Of a stretch of DNA of 64,000 bases, positions 47,701 to 62,102 are shown piece after piece. The DNA is from Eledone cirrhosa (taxonomy: Eukaryota): NCBI GenBank assembly GCA_964016885.1, contig OZ024741.1:146754001-146818000 (forward strand), read 5' to 3'. Within the stretch, counting starts at the first letter, position 1; each line of letters opens with the position of its first letter. A model generated the notes under the pieces. It had not been told where the DNA came from and made no database searches. It saw only the letters and a list, made by a program, of their open reading frames with translations. A program made the translations under genes and the position numbers.

Positions 47701-48559
47701 AATGGATACCAAACCATTAGAAATCACCTCTAGTTTTCTGATAAAAGCTGTTTCATTTAAAATGTTTATATATTTATTTTTAATCTTCCATCATAATTTT
47801 ATGTAAGAATATATGTTAAATAGTATTCTAAACACCAGCTTAAAAACGAGTAAGTTAGTCATATTACTAAATCTATTCAAATTAATTATTTTCAAAATTA
47901 TTTGAAAATCACAGGCTGTGTCCGTCACTTAATTTTGAAAATACCCAAATATATGGAGGAATTTAATAAAATTGGATTTTCATTAGTAAATTGATATTTA
48001 GAACATTACTAAACAAAAATTTCTAACATAAAATTATGATGGATAGTTTTAATATACGGATAAACATTTAAAAATTAGCAGTTTTTATCATAGAACTAGC
48101 AGTTTTAGGCGGTTTGGTAACAGAAGAGTACCACATGATTTCTAATTTAGACAAAAGATTAGCAATTTGTGTGTGCATACATGGGGAAAGGGGATAATGC
48201 AAATTATATCTACCCCAGAACATTACTCTAGAAGGATGAAAAGCAAAGTTGACCATGGAAAGATTTGAACTCAGACTATAAAGAGTCATAACTGACTGCA
48301 ATGCTCTAATAATTTTGTCAATGAGTCACCATCTAAATATACATAATTAATACTTTATAATTGAAGATATTTGACTTCATATACCTCATTAATGAAGTTA
48401 GCTACAAATAGCTACAGCAACTTGTGTCTCTGTTCAATGTTGAGGACATTTGACTTCACATACGTCAACAATTAAGTTGACCACAAGTGGCTGATGAAAC
48501 TTGTGACTCAGCTCAATGTAGTGAAATTTCTTGGCAGGACTACATCATAAATCTAAAGA

Positions 48560-48842
48560 CGTAATGGAAAGGGCTCTGAGAAACCTATAAGATAATACTA
48601 TGTGCTATGCAGGCTCACAACAAAACCAGTAACAGCCTTTCTGAAGCCAGAACCAGAAGGTGGGTGTGGAAGATAATGCAGGAGGCAAACTTGTCAAGAC
48701 TTGGTTGAGGACTGTAGAACAGGACCTGGCAGACATGGACCTGGTCTGGGAGATGGCTTGTTACAGGTCTTGAGTCTGTGCTGCGTGGATATATCTTGTT
48801 AATTAATGTTCCATATGGAGTAGGAGTAAATTAAGACTAAAG
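48560..48842 (+). mobile_element. Old RTE-like C-terminal remnant (different family)
   Basis: GGKLVKTWLRTVEQDLADMDLVWEMA-like peptide. Confidence 0.45.
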
Positions 48843-49118
48843 ACATCACTAATGCTCTTGGAAATCATATTTGTAATAAGCAATTCCACCTCCACTGAAA
48901 ATATATGACTTTCTCACTATTCAAGTGTGCTTATACATGTTGTTATTGTACATGGCAATAACATAATAAGACATCACGAGAATACATACATTTTACCTTT
49001 TATACCTGAAATCATGAGTTATACACCAGTGTAATAAATCATTATTTGATACATATATTTGCCTTCTATATATCATTTATAATTTAGATGGTGATTGCAT
49101 GTTTGTTAGATTGCATAT

Positions 49119-49183
<65 letters not shown>

Positions 49184-49190
49184 TTATTAT

Positions 49191-49228
<38 letters not shown>

Positions 49229-50241
49229 TCACATACGTTTGTGTGTGTATGTGTGGGTCTGTATCTATATTTTCAATGCTAATGCACGGTTGGAAAGGAT
49301 GCTTATGCGTGACTAAAGCAATTTAGCTAGCAGTTATTACTTCATACACTTTTTCTATATATATATGTGTGTGTCAAACATTCATACAATATCGTTATTC
49401 AGACCCACATATATGAATATGAATTATTCATGAACAAGAGCAGGCATATATAATAAATATGCAAACTGTTTACGGAAACATGCTATATTTTCAAAATATC
49501 TCTCTCTATATTCTGACATATTTGTTTTATCAATAATGGATTTGGTGTCAAATTCTGCAACACTACTGGCTTTTGATATTCAAATTAAAATGTTTTAATA
49601 TGTGATGTGAATGCATTTGCTGTCATTTACAAGCAACCAATGAATTTGTTTCTAACCTCAGTAGCCACACACTCCTTAGATATGGTCTTCATAAAAAAGC
49701 TGAGATTTCAATTCTAGTACACACACATGGTATATTTTATAGTTTAGAATTCCCAGAATAATATCTTGAAATATTTGATTGTGACATTTTAAATGATAGG
49801 AATATATATCAAAGTTTTCTTTCTTTTTTTTTTGTTATGACCATTGTATCAGTTTATATATCCTTTTTTCATTCTTTCTTTAGCATTACAGTCAACGTTA
49901 TAAAATGTAACTTGTCAACCATTTATTGACCCCATCTGAACTGATGAAAGAAAGCTTCATTCTTATTTGTCGGTTAGTTCATTTAAATCTTCTTTGTGAA
50001 TAAAAAGAGAAAATAAGTTTTCCTTCTCCTTTCTTAGTAAACCAATTATAATGAAGCTTTCTGGGATATATATTGATTGGTGCTTAAACCCACTTCCTTC
50101 TCCCACTTTTCCTTCTCTCAGCCGTTTGTAATGTTTTACTATGTAGAACATATACGAACTTGTTAACACAATCCTTTCATTCTATAGCTGCCTCCTCGGC
50201 ACTAAATCCTCAACATTTCAAGGTAAACATTTAAACACACT

Positions 50242-50505
50242 CATCATCATCATAATCTTTTGTCTGCTACAAAGATGGCTACGATTTTCTTCCATATTCT
50301 CTACACTGTCGATATCTTCTGGTTAATATCAGCTGATCTCACTAACCTAGCAGCTCCTGAGTGTGCTCTAGATACAGTCTCTTCTGCTGCAATCATGGCT
50401 TTCTCTCACCATGTTGGGAGGGGGGTGTATATCATGTACTTGAGCATGACTCGATGTTTGACCTGGGAACTTAAGCTGGTGGAAAAACACCAAGTGGAAG
50501 AGAGG
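50242..50505 (-). mobile_element. Old RTE-like 3' remnant with (GAT)n tail
   Basis: PTW...RIWKKIVA-like peptide followed by (GAT)n on the minus strand. Confidence 0.35.
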
Positions 50506-50529
50506 TGACACATTTGTCCTTTTATATAA

Positions 50530-50680
50530 ATATATAGTATATCAAGTGTATATTATACAGTATATAAAGTGTGTATTATACAGTATATATAATGTATAAT
50601 ATACAGTATATATATTGTATAATATACAGTATATATATTGTATAATATACAGTATATATAGTGTATAATATGCAATATAT
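50530..50680. repeat. ~21-23 bp AT-rich minisatellite (cagtatatatattgtataatata), resuming at ~51043 and ~51252
   Basis: Directly visible; interrupted by LINE-3'UTR and SINE insertions. Confidence 0.75.
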
Positions 50681-50699
50681 CTACCTCAACAATCCCTAT

Positions 50700-51042
50700 G
50701 CATCTCCCCATTCAAGTCCCCAATCCACACTATAATGAGGTCACCTTGGTGCCATGTCAATGAGTGCCCAGTCCACACTGTAAAGTGGCCGTGTAGGTAT
50801 CAGGACAAAAATCACCCAGTATACACTGCAAATATGGTTGTGTAGGTGTCATGACACAAAGCACTGAGTACACAATGTAAATGTGGTTGGCATTAGGAAG
50901 GGCATCCAGCCATAAAAACGAAGCCCAGATCAATTCTGTGTGAGCAAAACATGATTCTCTGACCTGGCTTGTCATACAAGGGGACAGCTCATCTAGCATG
51001 GGAAATAGACGTTAAACAATGAGGATGAGGATGATGATGATA
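50700..51042 (+). mobile_element. RTE 3'UTR fragment with four ~50 bp internal repeats
   Basis: ccacactgtaaa-type repeats, gttggcattaggaagggcatccagc and ggaaatagacgttaaa + (GAT)n. Confidence 0.8.
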
Positions 51043-51071
51043 TAGTGTATAATATATAGTATATCTAGTGT

Positions 51072-51250
51072 AGGCAGTATCGGTAGAGGGTCAGACGCCA
51101 TTCTTTCTAGCATAGTTATGTCCCTTTATGATCTGAGTTCAAATCCCACCGAGGTTAACTTTGCCTTTCATCCTTACAGGGTCGATAAAATAAAGTACCA
51201 GTAATACACTGGGGTAATTGCTGGCCTTGTGCCAAAAGTAGAAACAATTA
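51072..51250 (+). mobile_element. Family 1 SINE
   Basis: Same consensus as 47026-47211. Confidence 0.9.
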
Positions 51251-51617
51251 CACAGTATATGTAATATAGAATATATAGTATATATAGTGTATAATTTATA
51301 GCATCATCATCTTATGGCTGCAATATGGGACACAGATACATGAGATAGTGGAAGAACACCATTTGGAAGTGGGTGATACAACTCTCCTTTCATATAAATT
51401 AATGCTTGACATGTGATCAGAGTATTTGATACCCAGCATCACTCCCATAAAGGAAAATTTAAACATGTTGATGCTGTTCACCATCTTCTTGATGACCCAT
51501 TATTGTTGTAGAACTTAATCTTCATTCTGTTTGGTATGTTTTATTTCACCAGAACTTCTCAAGGCTCCAGAAAGTACACTATTCTAGTGTTCTTCTTTTC
51601 AGGACATTTTCATAGTC

Positions 51618-51815
51618 CATCATCATCATCTTCATTTAACGTCCATTTTCCAAGCTAGCATGGGTTAGACAGGAGTTGTCCCACTTGAGGCAAGGTTGGT
51701 CGGGTGACAGTGTCTCGCTCATATAGGACTATCTGGCAGGTTTTCTATGGCTGGATGCCCTTCCTAACACCAACCACATTTACAGTGTGAAACTGGGAAC
51801 TTTTTACCGTGTTAA
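51618..51815 (-). mobile_element. Subfamily A RTE 3'UTR fragment
   Basis: Similar to 18560-18740. Confidence 0.85.
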
Positions 51816-52356
51816 CAGCCCAGTATCATGAAAACTAAACATAATAAACTTAACATGTTCCTAGCCCAGTACTTGGAATAATATGTCTGCCACAGTCATG
51901 ATTTATAAAAAGAAAAAAAAAAGGAAATTACCTAGCTTGACAACCTTCCTAGTGCTGGTACTATAATAAAACACTTAAATTACACTCTGTAAATTTGATT
52001 GGTGATAAGAACATCTAGCTGTAGAAACTATGCCAAAGCTGTAACATATGTAAATGAGATATGAACCCTGCTTCATCTAGGAGGTCTGTAGCTTTGATTA
52101 AATACTGACTTAGTCTGTTATTAACCATCTAAACTATGGCAGCATAGAAGAACAGGCAATAAAAGATGATAACAATGATGATGATGGTGATGATGATTAT
52201 GATACACCTAGACATGGTGGTGTTTCAATGTCTGTAATAACATTTGATAACAATTTCTTCTTGGTTAACTTCTATTTCATCTGATTCCAGTGAGGTTCAT
52301 AAATCAGATATTCTAACATGCTAAAGCAGCTGCCATGGTCTGTTGCTTATAGTCAG

Positions 52357-52590
<234 letters not shown>

Positions 52591-52849
52591 TATTGTGCAT
52601 CTGTTTTGTTTTTCCTCGTTGAATGTTTGCATATATATATATATATATATGAATTAGTACACCCTCTGTGATACTTTAAGTGGTCAAATAATATATTTCA
52701 TGAGACATTACTTCAATACTTACTCATAATCTCCCTTTCTCAGTAAGATTATTAAGTATTTTGTTTTGTCTTCCATGGTTGAAATGTAGAAATGGAAAGT
52801 CAAGGGGGTGGGATTAATGAATTTCATAGCCAAGAACATATTACAAAAA

Positions 52850-53950
52850 GAAAGGAAATGAGAGGAGCTGATCATCAATCAGATCAGACCAGGAAAACTA
52901 TGTTTTTTTTATATTTCCATTGCTGATACTAGCTGTCAAACAACTCCTGACAGAAGAAAGGAGTTGATCCTTGGATCAAACCCAGGAACCTATGTTTTTA
53001 TCAGTAGATACATTGCTGATACTATCTGTTAGTCACAACTCCTGACAGAAGAAAGGAGTTGATCCTTGGATCAAACCCAGGAACCTATGTTTTTATCAGT
53101 ATATACATTGCTGATACTATCTGTTAGTCACAACTCCTGACAGAAGAAAGGAGTTGATCCTTGGATCAAACCCAGGAACCTATGTTTTTATCAGTATATA
53201 CATTGCTGATACTATCTGTTAGTCACAACTCCTGACAGAAGAAAGGACTTGATCCTTGGATCAAACCCAGGAACCTATGTTTTTATCAGTATATACATTG
53301 CTGATACTATCTGTTAGTCACAACACCTGACAGAAGAAAGGAGTTGATCCTTGGATCAAACCCAGGAACCTATGTTTTTATCAGTATATACATTGCTGAT
53401 ACTATCTGTTAGTCACAACACCTGACAGAAGAAAGGAGTTGATCCTTGGATCAAACCCAGGAACCTATGTTTTTATCAGTATATACATTGCTGATACTAT
53501 CTGTTAGTCACAACACCTGACAGAAGAAAGAAACCAATCATCAAACCAGGCCAGGGAAACTATGTTTCTGTTAATCTTACCATTGTTGATAGTATCTGTC
53601 AGTCATATTTCCTGGGAGAAGGAAGCAGATTTTAAATCAGAACACACAAATCAGAGCAGATACTGTAAAGCAGAAGAATGGAGATGATCATCAGATCAAA
53701 CCAAGGAAACAAGGAAATTATGTTTCCATTGCTATTACTATCTGCTGGTCACAATTCCTGGTAGATGAAAACCAATCATTAGATCAAGCCAAGGAAATTG
53801 TTTCAGTTGGTCTTTCGATTGCAGATACTATTTGCTGATCACAAATCAAGGTAGAAGAAAGGAGTTGATCATCAGATCAAACTAAGAAAACTATGATTCT
53901 ATTGGTCTTACCATTGCTGATAGTATCTGCCAGTTACAACTCCTGGCAGA
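52850..53950. repeat. 95-bp tandem repeat: ~6 near-identical copies (52941-53530) with degenerate copies on both sides
   Basis: caac(t/a)cctgacagaagaaag at 52941, 53036, 53131, 53226, 53321, 53416 and 53511. Confidence 0.95.
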
Positions 53951-54062
53951 AGCGTTACCACTTTTCTGGTGACAGAAGATCACATTTAAATTCAGAATTC
54001 TGTCCTCTCAGGCGAGTTGGGACGATATCACTACATTTTCATATATATATATATACATGTAC

Positions 54063-54230
54063 GTATATAATGTGGTGAACTGACAGTCATTAGAACATCA
54101 GATAGAATGCCTTGTAATATTCATTCTGACTGAATGTGCCCTGAGTTCGAATCCTGCCAATTTCAATTTTGCCTTTCATACATTTGAGTTTGATAAAAGA
54201 AATATCAGTTAAATACTGGGGTCAATTCTT
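54063..54230 (+). mobile_element. Old family 1-related SINE; similar old copies at ~33650-33810, ~57840-58005 and ~48110-48320 (-)
   Basis: gagttcgaatcc B box followed by ttttgcctttcat...gataaaa. Confidence 0.55.
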
Positions 54231-54541
54231 CCTCTATATCACTTTCTCACTTCCTTTTTAACACCCCCCCCCCCTCTCTCCCTCTCACACACACACTCAC
54301 TTTCTTTTTATGTAAAAAATTGACTGTGTTCAGATCTTGAGAGAGGATTGGATCTGTCAGGTTTAAAGTGACTCCATCATAAGTTACAGATTCATACATA
54401 CATATGAGCAAAACATGGTCACCTGACCTGGCATTGCCCACAACAGGAACACTCATCTAACCCATGCTAGCATGGAAGAATGGGCATAAAACAGTGATGA
54501 TGATACATGCATACATACCCACAACATATATACACACATAC

Positions 54542-54588
<47 letters not shown>

Positions 54589-57500
54589 TATATACATACA
54601 CAAACACACACATATACATACATACACACACACACATATACACACACACATATAGATATAGATATATATATGTGTGTGTGTTTTTGTGAAGATCAACTGC
54701 TCCATACAAAGCTTGACCAGTTTTTGTACTTTGTGCCTGTTCCTTCCTGGCATGAGGCCTCAAGTGGTTATGCATCCTGAAAGCCTGTGAAAGACCCGTC
54801 TACAAATAGTACAATGATGTCTCATTTTGTTCTTGTTTCCACTTTCAAATAGTTTATTCTGTATGTTCAGATGTTGCTTCAATACACCACCTGATATGCA
54901 AATTGTCTGGCAAACATGGCACTGGAACTGATTCTTTGTAACAAAGTTTGAATAGTCAACTTGGACTTTACCATCATGTGCTCATTGGTGTGACTTCAAA
55001 CCAGCATTTGAAAGGTACACCTTAGGGCATGCAGGGCATTTGAAAACCAATGCTGGATAAGATTCATCATTATTACTTTTCCACACTTTTCTTTTCAGTT
55101 CTGCATGTTTTACCCTCTCCATTTCAAATTCTTTAACTCAATTCCATACATATATATGTACATAGATATGTACATACACATATCATACATACAGAAGCAC
55201 ACACACCATACATAAGCACACACACATCATATATAAACACACATATACATACATACACACATATACATATATAACCACATTTATTTATACAAATGCATGC
55301 AAGCATATATCCATATTACACATGCACACACAAACACATGATACTAAACATTCATTTAAACAACATTAAAGTCTTCTCACTTTGACAAGATTAATTGGAT
55401 TTATGAGAATAGTTGAGATAATGTCTTTTGAGTGTAACAGGCAGTCAGCCAAGAACTGCTTATGATATAGTAGAAACAATACAATAAGAATTAACATATT
55501 TCTGACAGTATTGTCAGAGTGGAAATATATCAGAAGCCAGAAATAAGTCACATTCAGTTATCAACTTGGCATAAGTATCTTTTAAAAGAATGACATAGCT
55601 TCTTTTACTAATTCTGAGATATATTGGCAGATAAAGAAAGAACAGTTCAGGGTGAAAAATAAGAAAATAAAATACTTTTAAACACTAGATTCTATAAGCA
55701 ACAATTCTTTGAGGTCCATTGAGATGGCTTGTAAATCTATATAAACTTGATTTTTCCAAATAAAATTGGTTTTCTCTGATTTCTGACGATGCAAACATAA
55801 GCATTGTATTTATAACTATACTAGATTAGCATGAAGAAATCTCTCAAGACAATTTAAAGACATGCTATATCTTGATCTTATTTAAATTATCTAAATTCTT
55901 TGATGTCAAATTATTGCACCATTTCTAAATGTGTATAGTCTTTATAGCTATAATCATTAATCAAAATTAATTTACCATTTATAATAAGATGAAGCAGTGA
56001 TGCTACCATCATTAATATTGACCAACTACAACATTAGCATCTAACTACAGATTTTAGTAGCTCCAGCTTTGGAACTTTTACATACATCGATTTGACATCA
56101 GTGGAATATATTTCAATTCAGTAGAATTCAAATATGGCCCCCTTTCCTCCCAACATAATTAATATGAACTGTTGATGTATCTTCAAAGAGTATGGAAGGT
56201 ATTCACACTTAATTATCCATCATTTTCTGTTAAATGATGACATTGTCATCATTTTACAGCAGATGTCTTATCTATTTAACACTATAACATTACATACACT
56301 CTCTTAGCTTACCAAGTCATTTTCTAATATCATTTATTGAATTTAATCCTCCCAAGTATTATTAGAATACAAAAGGTGAGTGCTAAACTTTCATAAAGTT
56401 AATTAGATGAAAAGTAAATATTTACCCAGTAAGTATCCTAATCTATCACAGATAAATTTCATAAATAAAAGCTCATAGCAACTCACTCTAAATCTATACT
56501 TTTACTTGTCTTAGTAGATTTCAGCTATGCTAGTGCACTTCTTTGATTCAGTTGATCATATTTAATTTAGCACTTTGATACTGATATATCCCGAGAAATA
56601 CGTGATAAAAACATCAAAGTCAATATTTTTCTGATTTTCACCAACTTCAAATTCTCCATAAATAAGGTGTTAAAATATCTGGTGTGATTATTTTACAATG
56701 GAACAAGGTTTTTCTACATTTTTACTACATTGTCAAGAGTTTTTTTTATGCATTGCCTTGAGAACATTCCAAACAAACTTTTATAATTTTAACTTTTTAA
56801 TACATAAATATCCCCTACATATACACACATATATGCATGCACATGCACACACACACAAACACAAACACATGCCAATTGTTTTTCTCTGTGACTAAATTAT
56901 ACGTTTTCTTTTAATCTTATGTAAGATTGAAGTCTTACTTCTGACTTGTATTTTGTTGTTCTCACTCTCTCCCTTCTCTATCTCCTTTCACACACTCCTG
57001 CCCTCTTTTTCTTGCTCAGCCTCCCCTTTCACTCACTCGCTCTCTCTCTCTCCTCCATCTTCTACTCTATGAATCCTTATTCAAGGTTCTCTTATTTGAT
57101 CTCTTGTTTCAACTATTCCTTATTCATTATATCCCCTTGAACATAGTTTTCATCTACCCTTAGTGTTTTTAATGATCTCCATAACAACTAAAGAATTTCT
57201 TTTTAAATAATATCTAAAAACTCAATATATATCTCTATGGGATAAAAGGGTAGACTGGCAGGCATGTCTGAGGATTCTACTCCCATGACTCTCCCAGGAA
57301 TAAGTGGGTGAAGAAGAAGATATTTATCTGTAATTGACTGAATTGCTGATACAATATTAACAGATTCATCATGTTCAGTGAACATAGGCTCAAAATGTCT
57401 CTGAAATTGACCATATAACAGAAATGTTATCATGGCCTTATAGCCTCTACCCACTTCTCCCCAACCTCAGCCCCACAGATCTTAGCATATCCCTAGTTTC

Positions 57501-59227
57501 CTAACCATTTCCATCACAAGTGATATATTGTACATCGAAAACAAGAATACCACAAATATTGATTGTTTTCAATTTGTAAAGTAAATAAAGAAACAAAAGC
57601 TATAATGTTATATATTATAGAAACATTATCCTGAAATCTTATAACTATGTTGATATTAGCCATGGTAATCTAATTTTAGCAAAAAACAGAGGCTCTCAGC
57701 AACATAAGTTATTTAATAAACGTATGACCTATGTTATTTAAATATCAATACAGCACAACTATAAAACAACAAGCTTTCTCTCATAGAGTAATAACCAAAT
57801 TTAGCCCTTTCATTACAGGGACTATTATTAACATAGAAAAAGATTGGCAGCACCCTTAGAGCATCAGACAAATGCATAGAATATTTGTTCAGGCTCTTTA
57901 CATTCTAAGTTCAAATTCCACCAAGGAATCAATAAAATAAAGCACCAGTCAAGTACTGGATTGATTTAATTTCTGGTCTGGTGCTTGTGATAGAAATAAT
58001 TATTAATATAGAAAAAAATGTGACACTGTACATATAAGTAGCTATCACTGTACATATAAGCAGATATTTCTAAATCATCCTTTACAATGACAGGGGTGAA
58101 TTGGTAGAACTGTTAGATGTCAGTTAATCTGTCTTGTAGTATCTGCTGTGGCTCTGAGCATTCTGGGTTAAAATTCTATCTCTTGTTTCTGTAAAAATAA
58201 GTCCTTTTTGGGGATCTAGCAAAAATGTTGACATGGTACATTTTAAGCAAGTGTTCAAGTATTTCAGCTTATTAATCTTGAAGGGGGCACACTAGTTACC
58301 AAAAGAGAACAAGTTTTATGTAGTAGTACTAATGAAATAAAGGAATCATTCAATCTGCTTAGTCCACTTTAACCCCTTCATTTTCATATTTCTAATGAAT
58401 GATATCGCCTATGATTTTCAAATAGTTTTGAAAATAATCAAGTATTTGCAGAGATGTAGTAATATAACTAACTTTCTCATTTCTAAGCTGGTATTTGTAA
58501 CATAACTTAATAAAGGTTCTTGCATGAAGGAAGGTTTTTAGATAAATATAAACACTTTAAAATAATCAGTTTTGTATTGTAGAACCATGGGTGGTTTCAG
58601 GTGGATTATCAAAAGGATTATCAAAAATATTGTATATACTTGTAGATAAGTCACAAATTCTAATGTTTTTATTAATAATTTAAACTGCCACCATTGTTTG
58701 GATATAGGGTGGGGAAAACTTCTGATATTAAGAAGGTAGTTATATCTTAGCTGGCACAACTCCCAGGTTTGTTCTGGTCCAGAACAATAGCATCTGCAAA
58801 AGTTGCAAAGTAAATCCCCCTGATCCAGTATAGGATCCTGAATTAGGCAGTAATGATCTAGCAGTAAATCATGTAGATAAGAATGTTGCTTGACTATATC
58901 TGATATATTACAAATATTAGTCAAACAAATAAATCAGTGGGTGATATATAACAAATACTTGGCAAACAAGCCAAAACCCAGTCAAGACATGTATATAACA
59001 AATACTAGGCCAACAAACCAATCAATGGCTGGTATATATCAAACATTTGCCAAAAAGGTCTATCAGAGGCTGGTATATAAGACATATTTGGCACAAAAGC
59101 CAATCAATGGTTGGTATATTATTGGCAAACAAGCCAAAACCCAATGTATGGGTCAAATAGAGGGCCAACATATTACAAACACAAAACAGTACAACTTATT
59201 TATCATTGCAATTTATATAAGAGTATA

Positions 59228-60515
59228 TACATCATCATCATTATCTGTGAGTCTTAGTAATTTGAGATCAGCTCACACCACCACTGCCCAGGTCTTTCTT
59301 GACCTACCTCATCTGTGGCTTCCCTCCACTGGGATTTCCTGGCAGTTCTTCACCCAGCAATCATCATCTATGCACATCACATGTCTGTACCAACACAGTC
59401 TTCTCTCATGAACACCACTTTGGATTCCTCTTATATCCACTTTCTCCATCAGTTCATCCAAGCTCTGCCTTTCTCTCATATTAACATTGCATATCCATTG
59501 CATAACATTGCATATCCATTGAAGCAGGGTTGCTTCATTTCTCTCCAGTCTACACATTTCCTCTGCAGTCACAGCCCATGTTCCACTACCATGCAGCATT
59601 GCTGTTCGCTCACAGGCATCATACAGTCGTCCTTTTGTACTCAGGGGGAAGACTTTTGTTGTCAACAGGGGGGAGGGTAGTTCTCTAAACTTCTTCCATC
59701 CTATCTTTATTCTATCTATTCTGCTCTGAAAGCACCTACCTCTGTTGCGATTTAAGTTACCCAGATACAAAAAGCTATCAACCACTTCTATGTATCCTTC
59801 CTGTGTTTGGAAAAGGTTTATATCATTGACATACTTCCTCCTGATTTCACCTGTGCATCTTCTACATACAAATTCTTCCTTTTCTGTTAGTTTCCTGTTA
59901 TCTCATTACATCTCAAGTGTACCCAAGATTTACATTGTGTTTATCTTATAGAGTTTATGCCTACACCTTTTGTTCATATTGAGCAAGGCTACTTTCATGA
60001 TGGAATCAGTGTCCCATCTTTCTTTCTTTCATGCAGACACTTTAGTTTTGGCTAAGTTGATTCACATACCTTTTGATAGCAACTGCTGATTCTATAGTCA
60101 GAACTTCTATAGTCAGAACTTATTTTTACAGTTTTTCCATACCTGTCTCTTGGCTTTAATGACTTTACTGTGCTGTCCCACCACCAGGTCACCCTCTGTC
60201 TGCTTGGTGCTTTATTCCAGCCACAAGTCTCATCAGTAGTCCACAGAAGGTTGTCACGCAAGAATTCCCAATCGTCCTCTACATTATATGTATCTAGCTC
60301 ATCACCCCTCTCATCAAATGAACCCAGTAGGATCTTTCTAAACCTATATTTAACCGAATGGTCCTTTAGCTTCAAAACCTTCCATATCTATATTTTCCTG
60401 TGTATCTTGTTCTCTCTTGTATCTATTCTGATGTCACAAACAACCAATGTGTGTTGGGAAGCACATTCTTCCCCAGGGAAGGCTTTATTATTTATTACAG
60501 TCTCTTTATCTCATT
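59228..60515 (-). mobile_element. Degenerate, internally deleted RTE (EN-linker joined to PHD/C-terminus)
   Basis: ORF 59309..59785 (RT C-terminus) and ORF 60052..60375 (RVTWWW linker). Confidence 0.85.
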
Positions 60516-60707
60516 GACTTACAAGTAATTTATATATGACCATTTGAAATAGATTGCCTATAGGTTTTATTTACTTTTGGAAGTAAACAAAAATTTTGAG
60601 AAATTTAATACAATAACTAAGTTTTTTATTAGTAAACTTATATTAAGAACATTAACAAAAATTTCTAAAATAAAATGATGTTGGAAGGTTTCAATATAAG
60701 AATAAAC

Positions 60708-62102
60708 AGTTTTGCAGGCAATGACGGAGGAGTTTAAGACAGGATGCCCATGGGAACTCCTATATGCGGATGATCTTACACTTATAGCTGAATCTATGGT
60801 AGAACTAGAGAAGAAATTCCAAACTTGGAAGCAGGGACTAGAAAGAAAGGGTCTCAAACCTGACAAAGACTAAGGTTCTTATAAGTAGACAAGAAAACAG
60901 AACCCAGATCCCCTGAGGGAAATGGCCTTGCTCCGTATGTCTGAAAGGTGTAGGTAGGAACTCCATCCTCTGCCCCAAAGGCAAACAATGGGTACACAAG
61001 AGATGTAGTGGGATCTCAGGAAGCTTAACTAAGAATGTAGGCTTCATATGTAGCAGCTGCGCTGGGACAGCAAGCAGCAAGCAGCCACAGGAAACAAGCA
61101 CCACCAAACTCTGGAAGGGCTCTGTAGAAACAGTAGACAGCTTCTGCTACCTGAGTGACCAAATTAGCTGCGGAGGTGGGTGTTCAGAAAGTACAATAAC
61201 TGTTTCTACTTTTGGCACAAGGCCAGCAATTTCCCAGTGTATTACTGGTACTTTATTTTATCGATCGTACAATAACTAGGGTAAGAATGGGATGAAAGAA
61301 GTTCAGGGCCCTACAGCCACTGCTAGCTGCAAAAGGCTTTTCCCTCAAAATGAAAGGCAGACTGTATGATGCGTGTACACGAACAGCAAGGTTACATAGT
61401 AGTGAGACCTGGGCGTTGTCTGTAGAAGACTTGCATAAATTAGAAAGAAACGAAGCCTGCATGCTCCGATGGATGTGTAATAGCAATATACGCGAATGGC
61501 AAAGCATAAACGAACTGAGAGAGAGACTGAGCATCAGAGGAATCAAATGCTGTGTGCAGGAGAGGTGGTTGCATTGGTATGGACATGTGATGTGTATGAA
61601 GGATGACAGCTGCATAAAAAGGTGCAGAGCACTAGAAGTTGATGGAATCCTTGGAGTGGGGAGACCGAAGAAGACCTGGGATGAGGTGATAAAAGCCGAT
61701 CTTACCCAATTACACCTTTCAAGGATGATGACACACGACCGTGACCTCTGGCATCACACAGTAATACAGAAGACCCGACTTCCCACGGGTACAAGCTGAA
61801 GCTGGAGCATATAGACAATATGGTCCGACCTCCTCCCACTGCAAAGTGGTCGTGGAGGTGCCACGGCCAAAAAAAACCCAGCCTCACACTGTAAAGTGGA
61901 TGTGTAGGCACCACTGAAAAAAAGCACCCAGCACTCATTGTAAATGAGGTTGGTGTTAGGCAGGGCATCCAGCTCTAGAAATCAAGTCAGAATCAGTTCC
62001 CGTATGAGCAAGATAAGGTCAGCACTGGACACTGCCCACAACAGGACAACCCGTCTAACACATGCTAGCGTGGAAGAACAGAGGTAAAACAGTGATGATG
62101 AT
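60708..62102 (+). mobile_element. 5'-truncated subfamily C RTE with a nested SINE fragment
   Basis: TGCPWELLYADD-coding sequence, ORF 61350..61799, repeated-hairpin 3'UTR, stem-loop and GAT tail. Confidence 0.9.
61202..61266 (-). mobile_element. 65-bp 3' end of a family 1 SINE with 11-bp TSD
   Basis: gtacaataact at 61191-61201 and 61267-61277. Confidence 0.9.

Noticed and set aside
52941-53530. CRISPR-like array or coding repeat
   Set aside because: Whole units are identical, so there are no spacers; the 95-bp period breaks frame; no cas genes.
58890-59411. 173-aa ORF
   Set aside because: Chimeric read-through of a weak degenerate repeat into an antisense LINE fragment.
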